A stretch of DNA of 64,000 nt from the NCBI GenBank assembly GCA_027488755.1, contig JAIYAZ010000075.1:64492-128491 (forward strand), in the 5' to 3' direction. Every line of letters starts with the position of its first letter. Positions within the stretch are counted from its first letter, which is position 1. Under the pieces are notes generated by a model. That model saw only the letters and a list, made by a program, of their open reading frames with translations. It was not told the origin of the DNA and ran no database searches. Origin of the DNA: Verrucomicrobiaceae bacterium (GTDB lineage Bacteria; Verrucomicrobiota; Verrucomicrobiia; Chthoniobacterales; JAATET01). This document shows, one piece after another, positions 50,105 to 58,556 of the stretch. Made by a program: the position numbers and the translations under genes.

Positions 50105-51105
50105 CAAACGGAGAACGCCGGATCGACGTGCGCGCGAATGAGGGTGCGGAGTTCCTCGACGGTGAGCCACTCGGTGTTCGCCCCGCTGTTGTAGCTGAAG
50201 TCGGGGGCGCAGCGGCGGCCGCCGAAGCGGGTGAGGTATTCGCCGGCGTCCCAAAGCGGAATGGCGGGGGTGATGACGAAGTGGCGGTCAAACTCGAGGG
50301 CGCTGAGTCCGTCGGTGGCGGTGATCATTTCCTCGTGGAGTTTTTCGCCGGGACGGATGCCGACGTATTCGAACCGGGCGTCCGGGGCGACGGCGCGGGC
50401 GACGTCGCCGATGCGGTAGCTGGGAATCTTCGGCACGAAGATCTCCCCGCCCCACATCGAGAGCAGGGCATGGAGAACGAGGCTGACCCCGTCCTCGAGC
50501 GTGATGTTGAAGCGGGTCATGCGCTCGTCGGTGATGGGCAGGACGCCATCGCGCCGGCGTTCGAGGAAAAAGGGAATGACGCTGCCACGGCTGCCCATGA
50601 CGTTCCCGTAGCGGACGACGGAGAAGCGGATGTCGTGGCGGCCGCGGAAGTTGTTGGCCGCGACGAAGAGCTTGTCCGAGCAAAGCTTGGTGGCGCCGTA
50701 GAGGTTGATGGGGGCGGCGGCCTTGTCGGTGCTGAGGGCGACGACCTGGCGGACGCCGCTGGCGATGGCGGCATCAATGACGTTCTGCGCGCCGAGGACG
50801 TTGGTCTTGATCGCCTCGAAGGGATTGTATTCGCAGGCGGGCACCTGTTTGAGGGCCGCGGCGTGGATGACGATGTCCACGCCTTCCATGGCCCGGCGGA
50901 GGCGGTCGGCGTCGCGCACGTCGCCGATGAAGTAGCGCATGGACGGGCCGTCGAAGCGCTGGCGCATTTCAAACTGCTTGAGCTCGTCGCGGCTGAAGAT
51001 GATGAGCTTGGCGGGGTTGAGTTCCCGCAGGGCGATCTCGGTGAATTTCTGGCCGAAGGAGCCGGTGCCGCCGGTGATGAGAATAACGGGCTGATCGATG
51101 TTCAT
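50104..51105 (-). CDS. pseB: UDP-N-acetylglucosamine 4,6-dehydratase (inverting), PseB/FlaA1 family
   Basis: Internal ATG gives 333 aa: ILITGGTGSFGQKF, FIGDVRD, STDKAAAPINLYGATKL, VVRYGNVMGSRGSVIPFF. Confidence 0.88.
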   Translation of the reverse strand: MNIDQPVILITGGTGSFGQKFTEIALRELNPAKLIIFSRDELKQFEMRQRFDGPSMRYFIGDVRDADRLRRAMEGVDIVIHAAALKQVPACEYNPFEAIKTNVLGAQNVIDAAIASGVRQVVALSTDKAAAPINLYGATKLCSDKLFVAANNFRGRHDIRFSVVRYGNVMGSRGSVIPFFLERRRDGVLPITDERMTRFNITLEDGVSLVLHALLSMWGGEIFVPKIPSYRIGDVARAVAPDARFEYVGIRPGEKLHEEMITATDGLSALEFDRHFVITPAIPLWDAGEYLTRFGGRRCAPDFSYNSGANTEWLTVEELRTLIRAHVDPAFSV

Positions 51106-51989
51106 GAAATACGGGGAGAGGCGGCGAGCCACTCGTGAATGCAGGATTCGAGGGCGATGCGCAAGTTTGATGGCTCCCAGTCGGGGAGCAGGGAGCGAAG
51201 GGTGGTGATGTCCGCCAACCAGCGCGAGGGATTCCCCGCGTGCGACTGACCGGCAAAGTGAAGGGTGGCGTCGGGGCGCAGTAGATCGCGCAGGGTGACG
51301 GCTAGGGTGTGAACGGAAATGGCCCGGCCGGCCGCGACGTTCACCGCCTGAAAGCCCGGGGCCTGCGGCGCGAGCCGGGCGATGAGCCGAACGGTTACCG
51401 CGGCGGCGTCCCGCTCTTCGATGTAGTCCCGCTCCTCGTGGCCGGTGCCGCGGAGGCTGACGCCGCCCGCGCGAAGCTGCTCGAAGATTTCCCAGACGAG
51501 GAGGCGGCGTTGGTGGGGGCCGAAGATGGAAAAGTAGCGGAGGGCGAGCACAGGGAGGCCGAAGCAGGCGGCGTATTCGCGGCCGAGGGTCTCGGCGAGG
51601 ACCTTGTGGAAGCCGTAGGGGGATTCGGGGCGGAGGTCGGCCGTCTCCGCGACGGGCAGCGCCGCGGGCGAGCCGTAGACGGCGGCGCTGGAGGCGAGGA
51701 CGACGGCGGGGCGGAGGCCGGATGACCGCACGCCTTCGAGCACGCGCTGGGTGAGGGCGGTGGAGGCGGCGAAGTCCGCGTCGGGGTTCGTGAGCGAGTC
51801 GCCGACCGAGGCGGAGCCGGCGAAGTGGAGCACGACGTCGGGCGCGGCGGCGCGGACGCAGGCGGCCCATGTGGCGGGGTCGCGCAACTCGGCGCGGCCG
51901 GCGGGGAGGACAGTCCAATCGGCCGCGGTGGCGGCGCGGGCGACCGCGCCGCCGAGGAAGCCGGTGGTGCCGGTGACGAGGACTCTCAT
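51102..51989 (-). CDS. NAD-dependent epimerase/dehydratase-family SDR
   Basis: Internal ATG gives 295 aa: MRVLVTGTTGFLGGAV, SSAAVYG, PESPYGFHKVLAE (YxxxK). Confidence 0.8.
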   Translation of the reverse strand: MRVLVTGTTGFLGGAVARAATAADWTVLPAGRAELRDPATWAACVRAAAPDVVLHFAGSASVGDSLTNPDADFAASTALTQRVLEGVRSSGLRPAVVLASSAAVYGSPAALPVAETADLRPESPYGFHKVLAETLGREYAACFGLPVLALRYFSIFGPHQRRLLVWEIFEQLRAGGVSLRGTGHEERDYIEERDAAAVTVRLIARLAPQAPGFQAVNVAAGRAISVHTLAVTLRDLLRPDATLHFAGQSHAGNPSRWLADITTLRSLLPDWEPSNLRIALESCIHEWLAASPRIS

Positions 51990-52852
51990 GCGCTCCAGCG
52001 CTCGACGAGGAGGGGGATGGACACGCGGAGCACGACGAGCCCGAGGATGAGCAGCGGGATCGTGATCGCGACGACGAGGAGGAAGTTCGGCAGGAGCGTG
52101 AGGGGCTGTCCGGCGATCATTTCCCGGATGGTGACGATAAGGGGCGAGACGGGGTTGAGCCGGACGGTGGTGGCGAAGAGCCCGGCGTAGTGGGGATAGG
52201 GGTAGGCGATGGGCGTGATGGTGAGCCAGACCATGGTGGCGATGGGCAGGGAGTTGCTCACGTCGCGGTAGAGCATGCCGATGGGGGCGAGGAAGAGCCC
52301 GAGCATGGTGCCGAGGGCGACCAGCGCGGCGACGCCGAACGGCACGAGCAGGAGGGAGGCGGTGACGGGAACTTGGAACCAGATGAAGGTCGCGGCGATG
52401 AGCACGGTCTGCACCGTAATGGTGACGGTGAGCTTGCAGAGGTCGGCGATGAGGATGGATTCGCGGGGGAAGCGGACCTTGGTGAGCAGGCCCTTGTTCG
52501 ACTGGAGCGCGCTCATTGGGCCGCTGAGCGAGGCGGTGAAGATCTGCCAGAGCGAGACGCTGATCAGGACGAAGGCGGGATAGGGCAGATGGGTTTCGCC
52601 GGGGTTTACGAGGTTGTTTGACCGGGCGACGGTGAGCATGACGGCGAGGAAGATCGGGGGACCGACCAGCCACACGAGGCCGAGAAGGGACTGGCGGTAT
52701 TGGGCCTTGATGTCGCGGATGGCGAGGGCGACGCCGAGTTTGCGGCTCTGGACGATGTCGGTGAAGAGCTCGCGGAGGAGGCGGCCCGGGCTGCGGATCG
52801 CGCTTTCGGCGGAGTAGATGCTGACCTGGTGGTGACCACTTTCGAGACTCAT
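51986..52852 (-). CDS. wzm: Polysaccharide ABC exporter permease (ABC-2 / Wzm type)
   Basis: 288 aa. AIRDIKAQYRQSLLGLVWLVGPPIF is the ABC-2 N-terminal signature. Six hydrophobic segments. Confidence 0.85.
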   Translation of the reverse strand: MSLESGHHQVSIYSAESAIRSPGRLLRELFTDIVQSRKLGVALAIRDIKAQYRQSLLGLVWLVGPPIFLAVMLTVARSNNLVNPGETHLPYPAFVLISVSLWQIFTASLSGPMSALQSNKGLLTKVRFPRESILIADLCKLTVTITVQTVLIAATFIWFQVPVTASLLLVPFGVAALVALGTMLGLFLAPIGMLYRDVSNSLPIATMVWLTITPIAYPYPHYAGLFATTVRLNPVSPLIVTIREMIAGQPLTLLPNFLLVVAITIPLLILGLVVLRVSIPLLVERWSA

Positions 52853-52864
52853 GGAAGGATGCGG

Positions 52865-54790
52865 TTAGAGGGTTTCGAGTTCGGCGAGCCAGGCCTGGGC
52901 GGAGGCGTCGCTGGGCATGCGCCAGTCGCCGCGGGGGGAGAGGGCGACGGTGCCGATCTTGGGGCCGTCGGGCATGGCGGAGCGTTTGAATTGATGGGCG
53001 AAGAAGCGGGTGACGAAGACGCGGAGCCAGCGGAGGAGGGTGGCGCGGTCGTGGCGGCCGGCGAAGGCGAGTTCGGCGAGGGCGAGAATTTTGGCCGGGC
53101 CGCAGGCGTGGCGGACCATGTGAAAGAGGAAAAAGTCGTGGAGCTCGTAGGGGCCGACGGCGTCCTCGGTGTTCTGCCCGGCGGGGAGCAACTCGGGGGT
53201 GATCGGGGTGGCGACGATGTCGAGGAGCAGGCTGCGGACGGGGTCGGCGAATTCATCTTCGGCGCACCACGTGACGAGGTGGCGGACGAGGGTTTTCGGG
53301 ACGCCGGCGTTCACGTGATACATGGACATGTGGTCGCCATTGAAGGTGCACCAGCCGAGCGCGGCCTCGGAGAGGTCGCCGGTGCCGACGAGGAGGCCGC
53401 CGGTCTGGTTGGCGACGTCCATGAGGATCTGCGTGCGTTCGCGGGCCTGGGCGTTTTCGTAGGTCGCGTCGTGGAGGCCTTCGGGGTGGGCGATGTCCGC
53501 GAGGTGCGCGGCGACGGCGGGTCCGATGGGAATGGTGCGGAGGGTGGCGCCGAGGGCGGCGGCGAGGGCGGCGGCGTTGCCCTGGGTGCGGTCGGTGCTG
53601 CCGGGGCCGGGCATGACCACGGCGAGCAGGTCGGCGGCGGGGCGGCCGAGCTTCGCGAGGGCGTGGACGGCCACGAGGGCGGCCAGCGTGGAGTCGAGCC
53701 CGCCGGAGAGGCCGAGCACGAGGGTGCGGCTGTTCGTGTGCCGCACGCGGCGCGCGAGGGCGGTGGCCTGGAGGGCGAAGATTTCCCGGCAGTTTGCGCG
53801 GCGGGCGGCGGGGTCGGACGGGACGAAGGGATGCGCGGCGATGGTCCGGCGGAGGCCGGTGGCGGCGGGCTCGCCGAGCGGGACGCGCACGCGGCGAAAG
53901 CCGCCGGCGGTGGCGGCGGAGAAGCTGCTGTTGCGGAGGCGTTCGTGGGTGAGGCGTTGCAGGTCGACGTCGGCGATGACGACGTCGGTGGAGAACTGGA
54001 ACGCGCGGGATTCGGCGAGGAGCTGGCCGGCTTCGGCGATGAGCTGATGCCCGGAGAAGACGAGGTCGGTGCTGGATTCCCCGGGGCCGGCGCCGGCGTA
54101 GACGTAGGCGGCGAGGAGGCGGGCGGACTGCTGGACGACGAGGTCGCGGCGGTAGGCGGCCTTGCCGAGGAGTTCGTTGCCGGCGGAGAGGTTCGCGAGG
54201 ATGGTCGCGCCGGCGAGCGCAAGGGCGCCGCTGGGGGGCTCGACGGCCCAGAGGTCCTCGCAGATTTCGAGGCCGAGGCAGGCATGCGGGCGGCCCGCGA
54301 GATCAAAGAGCAGGTCGGTGCCGACGGGGACGGGGGTTCCGGCGATTTCGATTTCGTCGCGGGTGAGGGCTTCGGCGCGGGCGAACCAGCGTTCCTCGTA
54401 GAATTCCTGGGTGGTGGGCAGGAAGGATTTCGGCACGAGCCCCTGGATTTCACCGGCGGCGGCGACGGCGGCGACGTTGAAGAGGCGGCCGTCGATTTCC
54501 AGCGGGAGGCCGACCAGGGCGACGATCGGGCGGGTGCGGGTGGCCTCGACGACCCGGGCGAGGGCGCGGAGGGCGGCGGCGCGGAGAGCGGCGGAGGCAA
54601 AGAGATCCGCGCAGGAGTAGCCGGTGAGGCCGAGTTCGGGGAAGACGGCGAGTTCGACGCCCTCGGTCCCGAGCTGGTCGAGGGCCTCGATGGTGCGGTC
54701 GGCATTAAAGGCGGGGTCGCCCAGGCGCAGCTCGGGGGCGACGGTAGCCACGCGCAGGAAGCCGAACTGGCGGTGTTCGAGCGGGGTCAT
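52865..54790 (-). CDS. nadE: Glutamine-dependent NAD+ synthetase (nitrilase-like domain plus synthetase domain)
   Basis: 641 aa. [25 protein letters not shown] (CN-hydrolase Cys) and [15 protein letters not shown] (PP-loop SGGxDS). Confidence 0.9.
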   Translation of the reverse strand: MTPLEHRQFGFLRVATVAPELRLGDPAFNADRTIEALDQLGTEGVELAVFPELGLTGYSCADLFASAALRAAALRALARVVEATRTRPIVALVGLPLEIDGRLFNVAAVAAAGEIQGLVPKSFLPTTQEFYEERWFARAEALTRDEIEIAGTPVPVGTDLLFDLAGRPHACLGLEICEDLWAVEPPSGALALAGATILANLSAGNELLGKAAYRRDLVVQQSARLLAAYVYAGAGPGESSTDLVFSGHQLIAEAGQLLAESRAFQFSTDVVIADVDLQRLTHERLRNSSFSAATAGGFRRVRVPLGEPAATGLRRTIAAHPFVPSDPAARRANCREIFALQATALARRVRHTNSRTLVLGLSGGLDSTLAALVAVHALAKLGRPAADLLAVVMPGPGSTDRTQGNAAALAAALGATLRTIPIGPAVAAHLADIAHPEGLHDATYENAQARERTQILMDVANQTGGLLVGTGDLSEAALGWCTFNGDHMSMYHVNAGVPKTLVRHLVTWCAEDEFADPVRSLLLDIVATPITPELLPAGQNTEDAVGPYELHDFFLFHMVRHACGPAKILALAELAFAGRHDRATLLRWLRVFVTRFFAHQFKRSAMPDGPKIGTVALSPRGDWRMPSDASAQAWLAELETL

Positions 54791-54889
54791 GGGATGCGGG
54801 CATGCTGCCGCCCTTGGTCAGGGGCCGGAGCCGGCGACCGGAGCGAGGGGGTTGGGGGCCGAGGGTTCGGCAAAAGGGGTTGGGGCCGG

Positions 54890-55405
54890 CTAGGCCAGCA
54901 GTTTGAGGGCGACGGGCAGCATGGAGCGCCCGCGGTCGAGCCAGCGGCGGAGTTCGTTGATGCGGGCGCGGGTGACCTGGCGCTCGGCGTCGGGCAGGCT
55001 GGCGAGGGCGGCTTCCATGCGTTCGGCTCGCTGGCCGGCCTGTTCGATGCGGGGGAGGATTTGCTCCTTGAGGAAGGTCGAGGCGAAGCGGCTGAGTTCG
55101 AGGTCGGCGACAAAGTGGTCGCGGCGTTCGCCGGGGCTGTAGACGGCCTTGACAGCGCCGAAGGAGCGGAGGGTTTTCAGCCCCTGGCTGGCGGCGCCGA
55201 GGCTGATGTTCAGCCGGTGCATGAGGTCGTCCATGGTGAGGGGCCGGGGGGAGACGAACAGCAGGCCATAGATTTCGCCAATGGACTTTGGCAGGCCAAG
55301 GAGGCGGAAGAAATTAATGAACATTTCGATCGCCTCCATCTCGATGGGGCCAAGTTTCGAGCCCTTGGCCGGGAGAGGTTGCGAGGTCTGAGAATCCGAC
55401 AACAT
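54890..55405 (-). CDS. GbsR/MarR-type winged-helix transcriptional regulator
   Basis: IEMFINFFRLLGLPKSIGEIYGLLFVSPRPLTMDDLMHRLNISLGAASQGLKTLRSFGAV. The start is uncertain (ATG at 55405 or TTG at 55444). Confidence 0.6.
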   Translation of the reverse strand: MLSDSQTSQPLPAKGSKLGPIEMEAIEMFINFFRLLGLPKSIGEIYGLLFVSPRPLTMDDLMHRLNISLGAASQGLKTLRSFGAVKAVYSPGERRDHFVADLELSRFASTFLKEQILPRIEQAGQRAERMEAALASLPDAERQVTRARINELRRWLDRGRSMLPVALKLLA

Positions 55406-55468
55406 CAGAGGGGCGATGGTGCCCCCGGGCTTCACACAGTTCAATAAGAAATGAAATCCCGGGCCGGG

Positions 55469-55837
55469 CTAGACGCCGGCGACGCGGAAGCCCTCGGCTT
55501 CGAAGAAGCGGCGGATGCGGGCGGGGTCGTCGCCCTGGAGTTCGATCTCGCGGCCGGCGAGGGTGCCGCCGCAGCCGCAGGCCTGCTTGGCGCGGCGGGA
55601 GAGATCCTCAAGGGCGGCGGGAGTGAAGTGCGGGGCGAAGTCGCCGACGACGATCACGGTTTTGCCGCCGCGCTGGGATTTTTCGCGGCGGAGGACGACG
55701 CGGCCCGGGGCGGGTCGACCGGCCGCGGGGGCGGCGTCACCCGACGGGCCCGCTGGGAGCGGGCCAAGGTCGAGTGCCGCGAACGGATTGACCGCAAGCG
55801 GCTGGGCGGAGTCGGAGACAGGGATTTTTTTCGCCAC
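55469..55837 (-). CDS. yciH: SUI1/YciH-family translation initiation factor-like protein
   Basis: C-terminal GKTVIVVGDFAPHFTPAALEDLSRRAKQACGCGGTLAGREIELQGDDPARIRRFFEAEGF. I chose the GTG at 55837 because the track start at 55990 would overlap typA. Confidence 0.75.
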   Translation of the reverse strand: MAKKIPVSDSAQPLAVNPFAALDLGPLPAGPSGDAAPAAGRPAPGRVVLRREKSQRGGKTVIVVGDFAPHFTPAALEDLSRRAKQACGCGGTLAGREIELQGDDPARIRRFFEAEGFRVAGV

Positions 55838-55862
55838 GCCCGGCCTCCCAGCACGCCACGGA

Positions 55863-57677
55863 CTACGCTTCGACCTTTTGCGAGGCGCGTTTGCGCATGT
55901 TCGCGTCGAGGATCTTCTTGCGGAGGCGCAGGCTCTTTGGGGTCGCCTCGACGTATTCGTCGGGGGCGATGTATTCGAGCGCACGCTCAAGGCTCATGAC
56001 GAGCGGGGGGGCGAGGGAGATGCCCTTGCCGTCGCCCTGGGAGCGCATGTTCGTGAGTTTTTTCGCCTTGCAGGGATTGACGGGCATGTCGTCCACGCGG
56101 GCATTTTCGCCCACGATCATGCCTTCGTAGATTTCCTCCTGCGGTCCGATGAAGAGACGGCCGCGCTCCTGAATGGTGTCGAGGGCGTAGGCCATGCTGG
56201 TGCCGCCCTCCATGGAGACGAGCACGCCGCGGCTGCGGCTGGGAATATCACCCTTGTGGGGGCCATATTCCTTGAAGAGGTGGGAGGCGATGCCGTGGCC
56301 CTTGGTGGCGTTGACGAGGTCGGTCTCGAAGCCGATGAGGCCGCGGGTGGGAATAGTGGCCTCGACGAGCACGCTGTGGGGATTGTGCTCCATGCTGGTG
56401 ATGTCGGCCTTGCGGCTGGCGAGCGACTGGAGGATGTCGCCGAGGTTATCGGGCGGCACGTCCACGTAGAGGGTCTCGATGGGCTCGAGGAGATTGCCGG
56501 CCTCGTCGCGCTGGAAGATGACCTCCGGGCGGGAGACAAGAATCTCAAAGCCTTCGCGGCGCATCTGCTCGACGAGCACGGCGATCTGCATTTCGCCGCG
56601 GGCCTTCACGTCGAACTGGGCGGCGTTATCGGTCTCGGCGACGACGATGGAAACGTTCGTGCGGGTCTCGCGGATGAGGCGGTCCTTGATCTGGCGCGCG
56701 GTGAGGAGTTTGCCCTCGCGGCCGGCGAGCGGGCCGTCGTTCACGCAGATCTTCATCGCGATGGTGGGCGGGTCGATGTCCACGAACGGCAGGGCCTCGC
56801 GGTCCTCGCTGTCGACGAGGGTTTCGCCGATGAAGACGTCCTCAAAGCCGGTGATGCCCACGATGTCGCCGGCGCCGGCACTCTCGATCTGGATCTTTTC
56901 GAGGCCTTCGTGGCTGAAAAGCGCGGTGACGTTCTTGCGCTCCTTCTGGCCGTCCTTGTGCACGCAGACGATGCTCTGGCCGACCTTCACGGAACCGCTG
57001 ATGATGCGGCCGTAGGCGATCCGGCCGAGGTAGTCGCTGTAATCGAGGTTCGAGACGAGGAACTGGAAGAAGTCCTGGTCGGCCTTCGGCGGCGGCGGGA
57101 TGTGCTTCACGATGGCCTCGTAGAGGGGCTCCATCGTTTCGCTGGGCTGGTCGATTTCGTTCTTCGCGAAGCCCTGCTTGGCGCTGGCGTAGATGTGCGC
57201 GAAATCGAGCTGCTCGTCGGTCGCGTTGAGCTCCATGAAGAGCTCGAACACCATGTCGAGGACCTTGTGGGGGCGGGCGTTGTCGCGGTCGATCTTGTTG
57301 ATGACGACGATGGGCTTGAGGCCGTTTTCCATCGCCTTGCGGAGCACGAACTTCGTCTGCGCCTGCGGGCCGTCGTGGGAGTCCACGATGAGGAGCACGC
57401 CATCGACCATCTTCATGATGCGCTCGACCTCGCCGCCGAAGTCGGCGTGGCCGGGGGTGTCGACGACGTTGATGTGGTAATCCTTCCAGCGGAACGCGGC
57501 GTTCTTGGCGCGAATGGTGATGCCCTTTTCACGCTCAAGGTCCATCGAGTCCATCATGCGCTCGTCGGTCTTTTGATTGGCGCGGAAGGTGCCAGCTTGT
57601 TTGAGAAGCTGGTCAACGAGAGTGGTTTTGCCGTGATCGACGTGTGCGATGATGGCGATGTTGCGAATATTTTCCAT
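55863..57677 (-). CDS. typA: Translational GTPase TypA/BipA
   Basis: 604 aa. IRNIAIIAHVDHGKTTLVD, DTPGHADFGGEVER, NKIDR, and EF-G-like domains. Confidence 0.95.
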   Translation of the reverse strand: MENIRNIAIIAHVDHGKTTLVDQLLKQAGTFRANQKTDERMMDSMDLEREKGITIRAKNAAFRWKDYHINVVDTPGHADFGGEVERIMKMVDGVLLIVDSHDGPQAQTKFVLRKAMENGLKPIVVINKIDRDNARPHKVLDMVFELFMELNATDEQLDFAHIYASAKQGFAKNEIDQPSETMEPLYEAIVKHIPPPPKADQDFFQFLVSNLDYSDYLGRIAYGRIISGSVKVGQSIVCVHKDGQKERKNVTALFSHEGLEKIQIESAGAGDIVGITGFEDVFIGETLVDSEDREALPFVDIDPPTIAMKICVNDGPLAGREGKLLTARQIKDRLIRETRTNVSIVVAETDNAAQFDVKARGEMQIAVLVEQMRREGFEILVSRPEVIFQRDEAGNLLEPIETLYVDVPPDNLGDILQSLASRKADITSMEHNPHSVLVEATIPTRGLIGFETDLVNATKGHGIASHLFKEYGPHKGDIPSRSRGVLVSMEGGTSMAYALDTIQERGRLFIGPQEEIYEGMIVGENARVDDMPVNPCKAKKLTNMRSQGDGKGISLAPPLVMSLERALEYIAPDEYVEATPKSLRLRKKILDANMRKRASQKVEA

Positions 57678-57703
57678 AGTCCCCGCCCGAAAAGCGGACG
57701 CGC

Positions 57704-57732
57704 ACTATGTCGAGGGGGCGGGGGCGTGTCAA
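57704..57732 (-). promoter_or_regulatory. Candidate sigma70-like promoter for typA
   Basis: The minus strand reads TTGACA-N17-CATAGT, with the -10 element ending 26 nt upstream of the typA ATG. Confidence 0.35.
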
Positions 57733-57830
57733 TGGGCTCTCGCAGCCCCCCCGGGAACCGGCCCTATTCCATGCAGCAGCAGCCGGCGAGCGCGAGGGCG
57801 AGAAACAGAAGGACGAGGGCGGGCATGGAA

Positions 57831-58481
57831 TTATTCCACGGTTTTGGCGGCGAGGCGTTCGCGGCGGGCGACCCAGAGTTCCCAGACGATGGGGAGCACG
57901 GAGACGATGATGATGCCGAGAATGACGATCTTGATGTTGCTGCGGACGAACGGGAGGTTGCCGAAGAGGCAGCCGGCGCCGACAAAAATGGCAACCCAGA
58001 GGAAGGCCCCGATGACGTTGTAGGCAAAAAATTTCGGGTAGCTCATGCGGCCAATGCCGGCGACGAACGGCGCGAACGTGCGGACAATGGGCACAAAGCG
58101 GGCGAGGATGATGGCGCGCCCGCCGTATTTCTCGTAGAAGGCCTGGGCCTTGAGGAGGTGGTTGCGGTTGAGGAAGCGGTTGGTTTCGCTGTGGAAGACC
58201 TTGGGGCCGCACCATTTGCCGATGGCGTAATTCACGGCGTCGCCGAGGACGGCGGCGACAAAGATGACGACGGCGAGGATCCAGGGGTTCATAAGCCCCT
58301 GGGCGGCGATGGCTCCGGCGGCGAAGAGCAGCGAGTCGCCGGGGAGGAAAGGCGTCACGACGAGGCCGGTCTCGCAGAAGATGATGAGGAAAAGCAGCAC
58401 GTAGATGAGCGTGCCGTAGTGCTCGATGAAGGTGAGCAGGTGGCGTTCGGCGTGGAGAAGAAACTCGAGGAATTCAGCCAT
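57831..58481 (-). CDS. dedA: DedA-family inner-membrane protein
   Basis: 216 aa. FLIIFCETGLVVTPFLPGDSLLFAAGA and RFVPIVRTFAPFVAG motifs. Confidence 0.85.
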   Translation of the reverse strand: MAEFLEFLLHAERHLLTFIEHYGTLIYVLLFLIIFCETGLVVTPFLPGDSLLFAAGAIAAQGLMNPWILAVVIFVAAVLGDAVNYAIGKWCGPKVFHSETNRFLNRNHLLKAQAFYEKYGGRAIILARFVPIVRTFAPFVAGIGRMSYPKFFAYNVIGAFLWVAIFVGAGCLFGNLPFVRSNIKIVILGIIIVSVLPIVWELWVARRERLAAKTVE

Positions 58482-58556
58482 GGAAAGGAGGGCGTGGTTC
58501 GCGCCCCGGCCTGCGTGTAGAGGCTCGCGCGGCCGGTGCCAAGAAAAACGCGCGGG

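Noticed and set aside
54846-54890. Two copies of a G-rich motif (GGGGTTGGGG(G)CCG) about 27 nt apart in the gbsR-nadE spacer, considered as a regulator binding site.
   Set aside because: This is low-complexity G/C-rich sequence where such near-repeats arise easily. There is no dyad symmetry or positional relation to a recognisable promoter. It is worth a look only if the GbsR-like regulator's operator is sought.
52700-55447. Very long plus-strand ORFs in the track: 915 aa here, 974 aa at 15209-18133, 1001 aa at 55515-58520, 682 aa at 58536-60584, and the 750-aa minus ORF at 11173-13425.
   Set aside because: They lie antisense to genes with unambiguous conserved motifs (nadE, GT genes, typA, kup, clpC). 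Their translations are Gly/Ala/Glu/Arg/Asp low-complexity strings without motifs. They are typical stop-codon-poor shadow frames in high-GC DNA.
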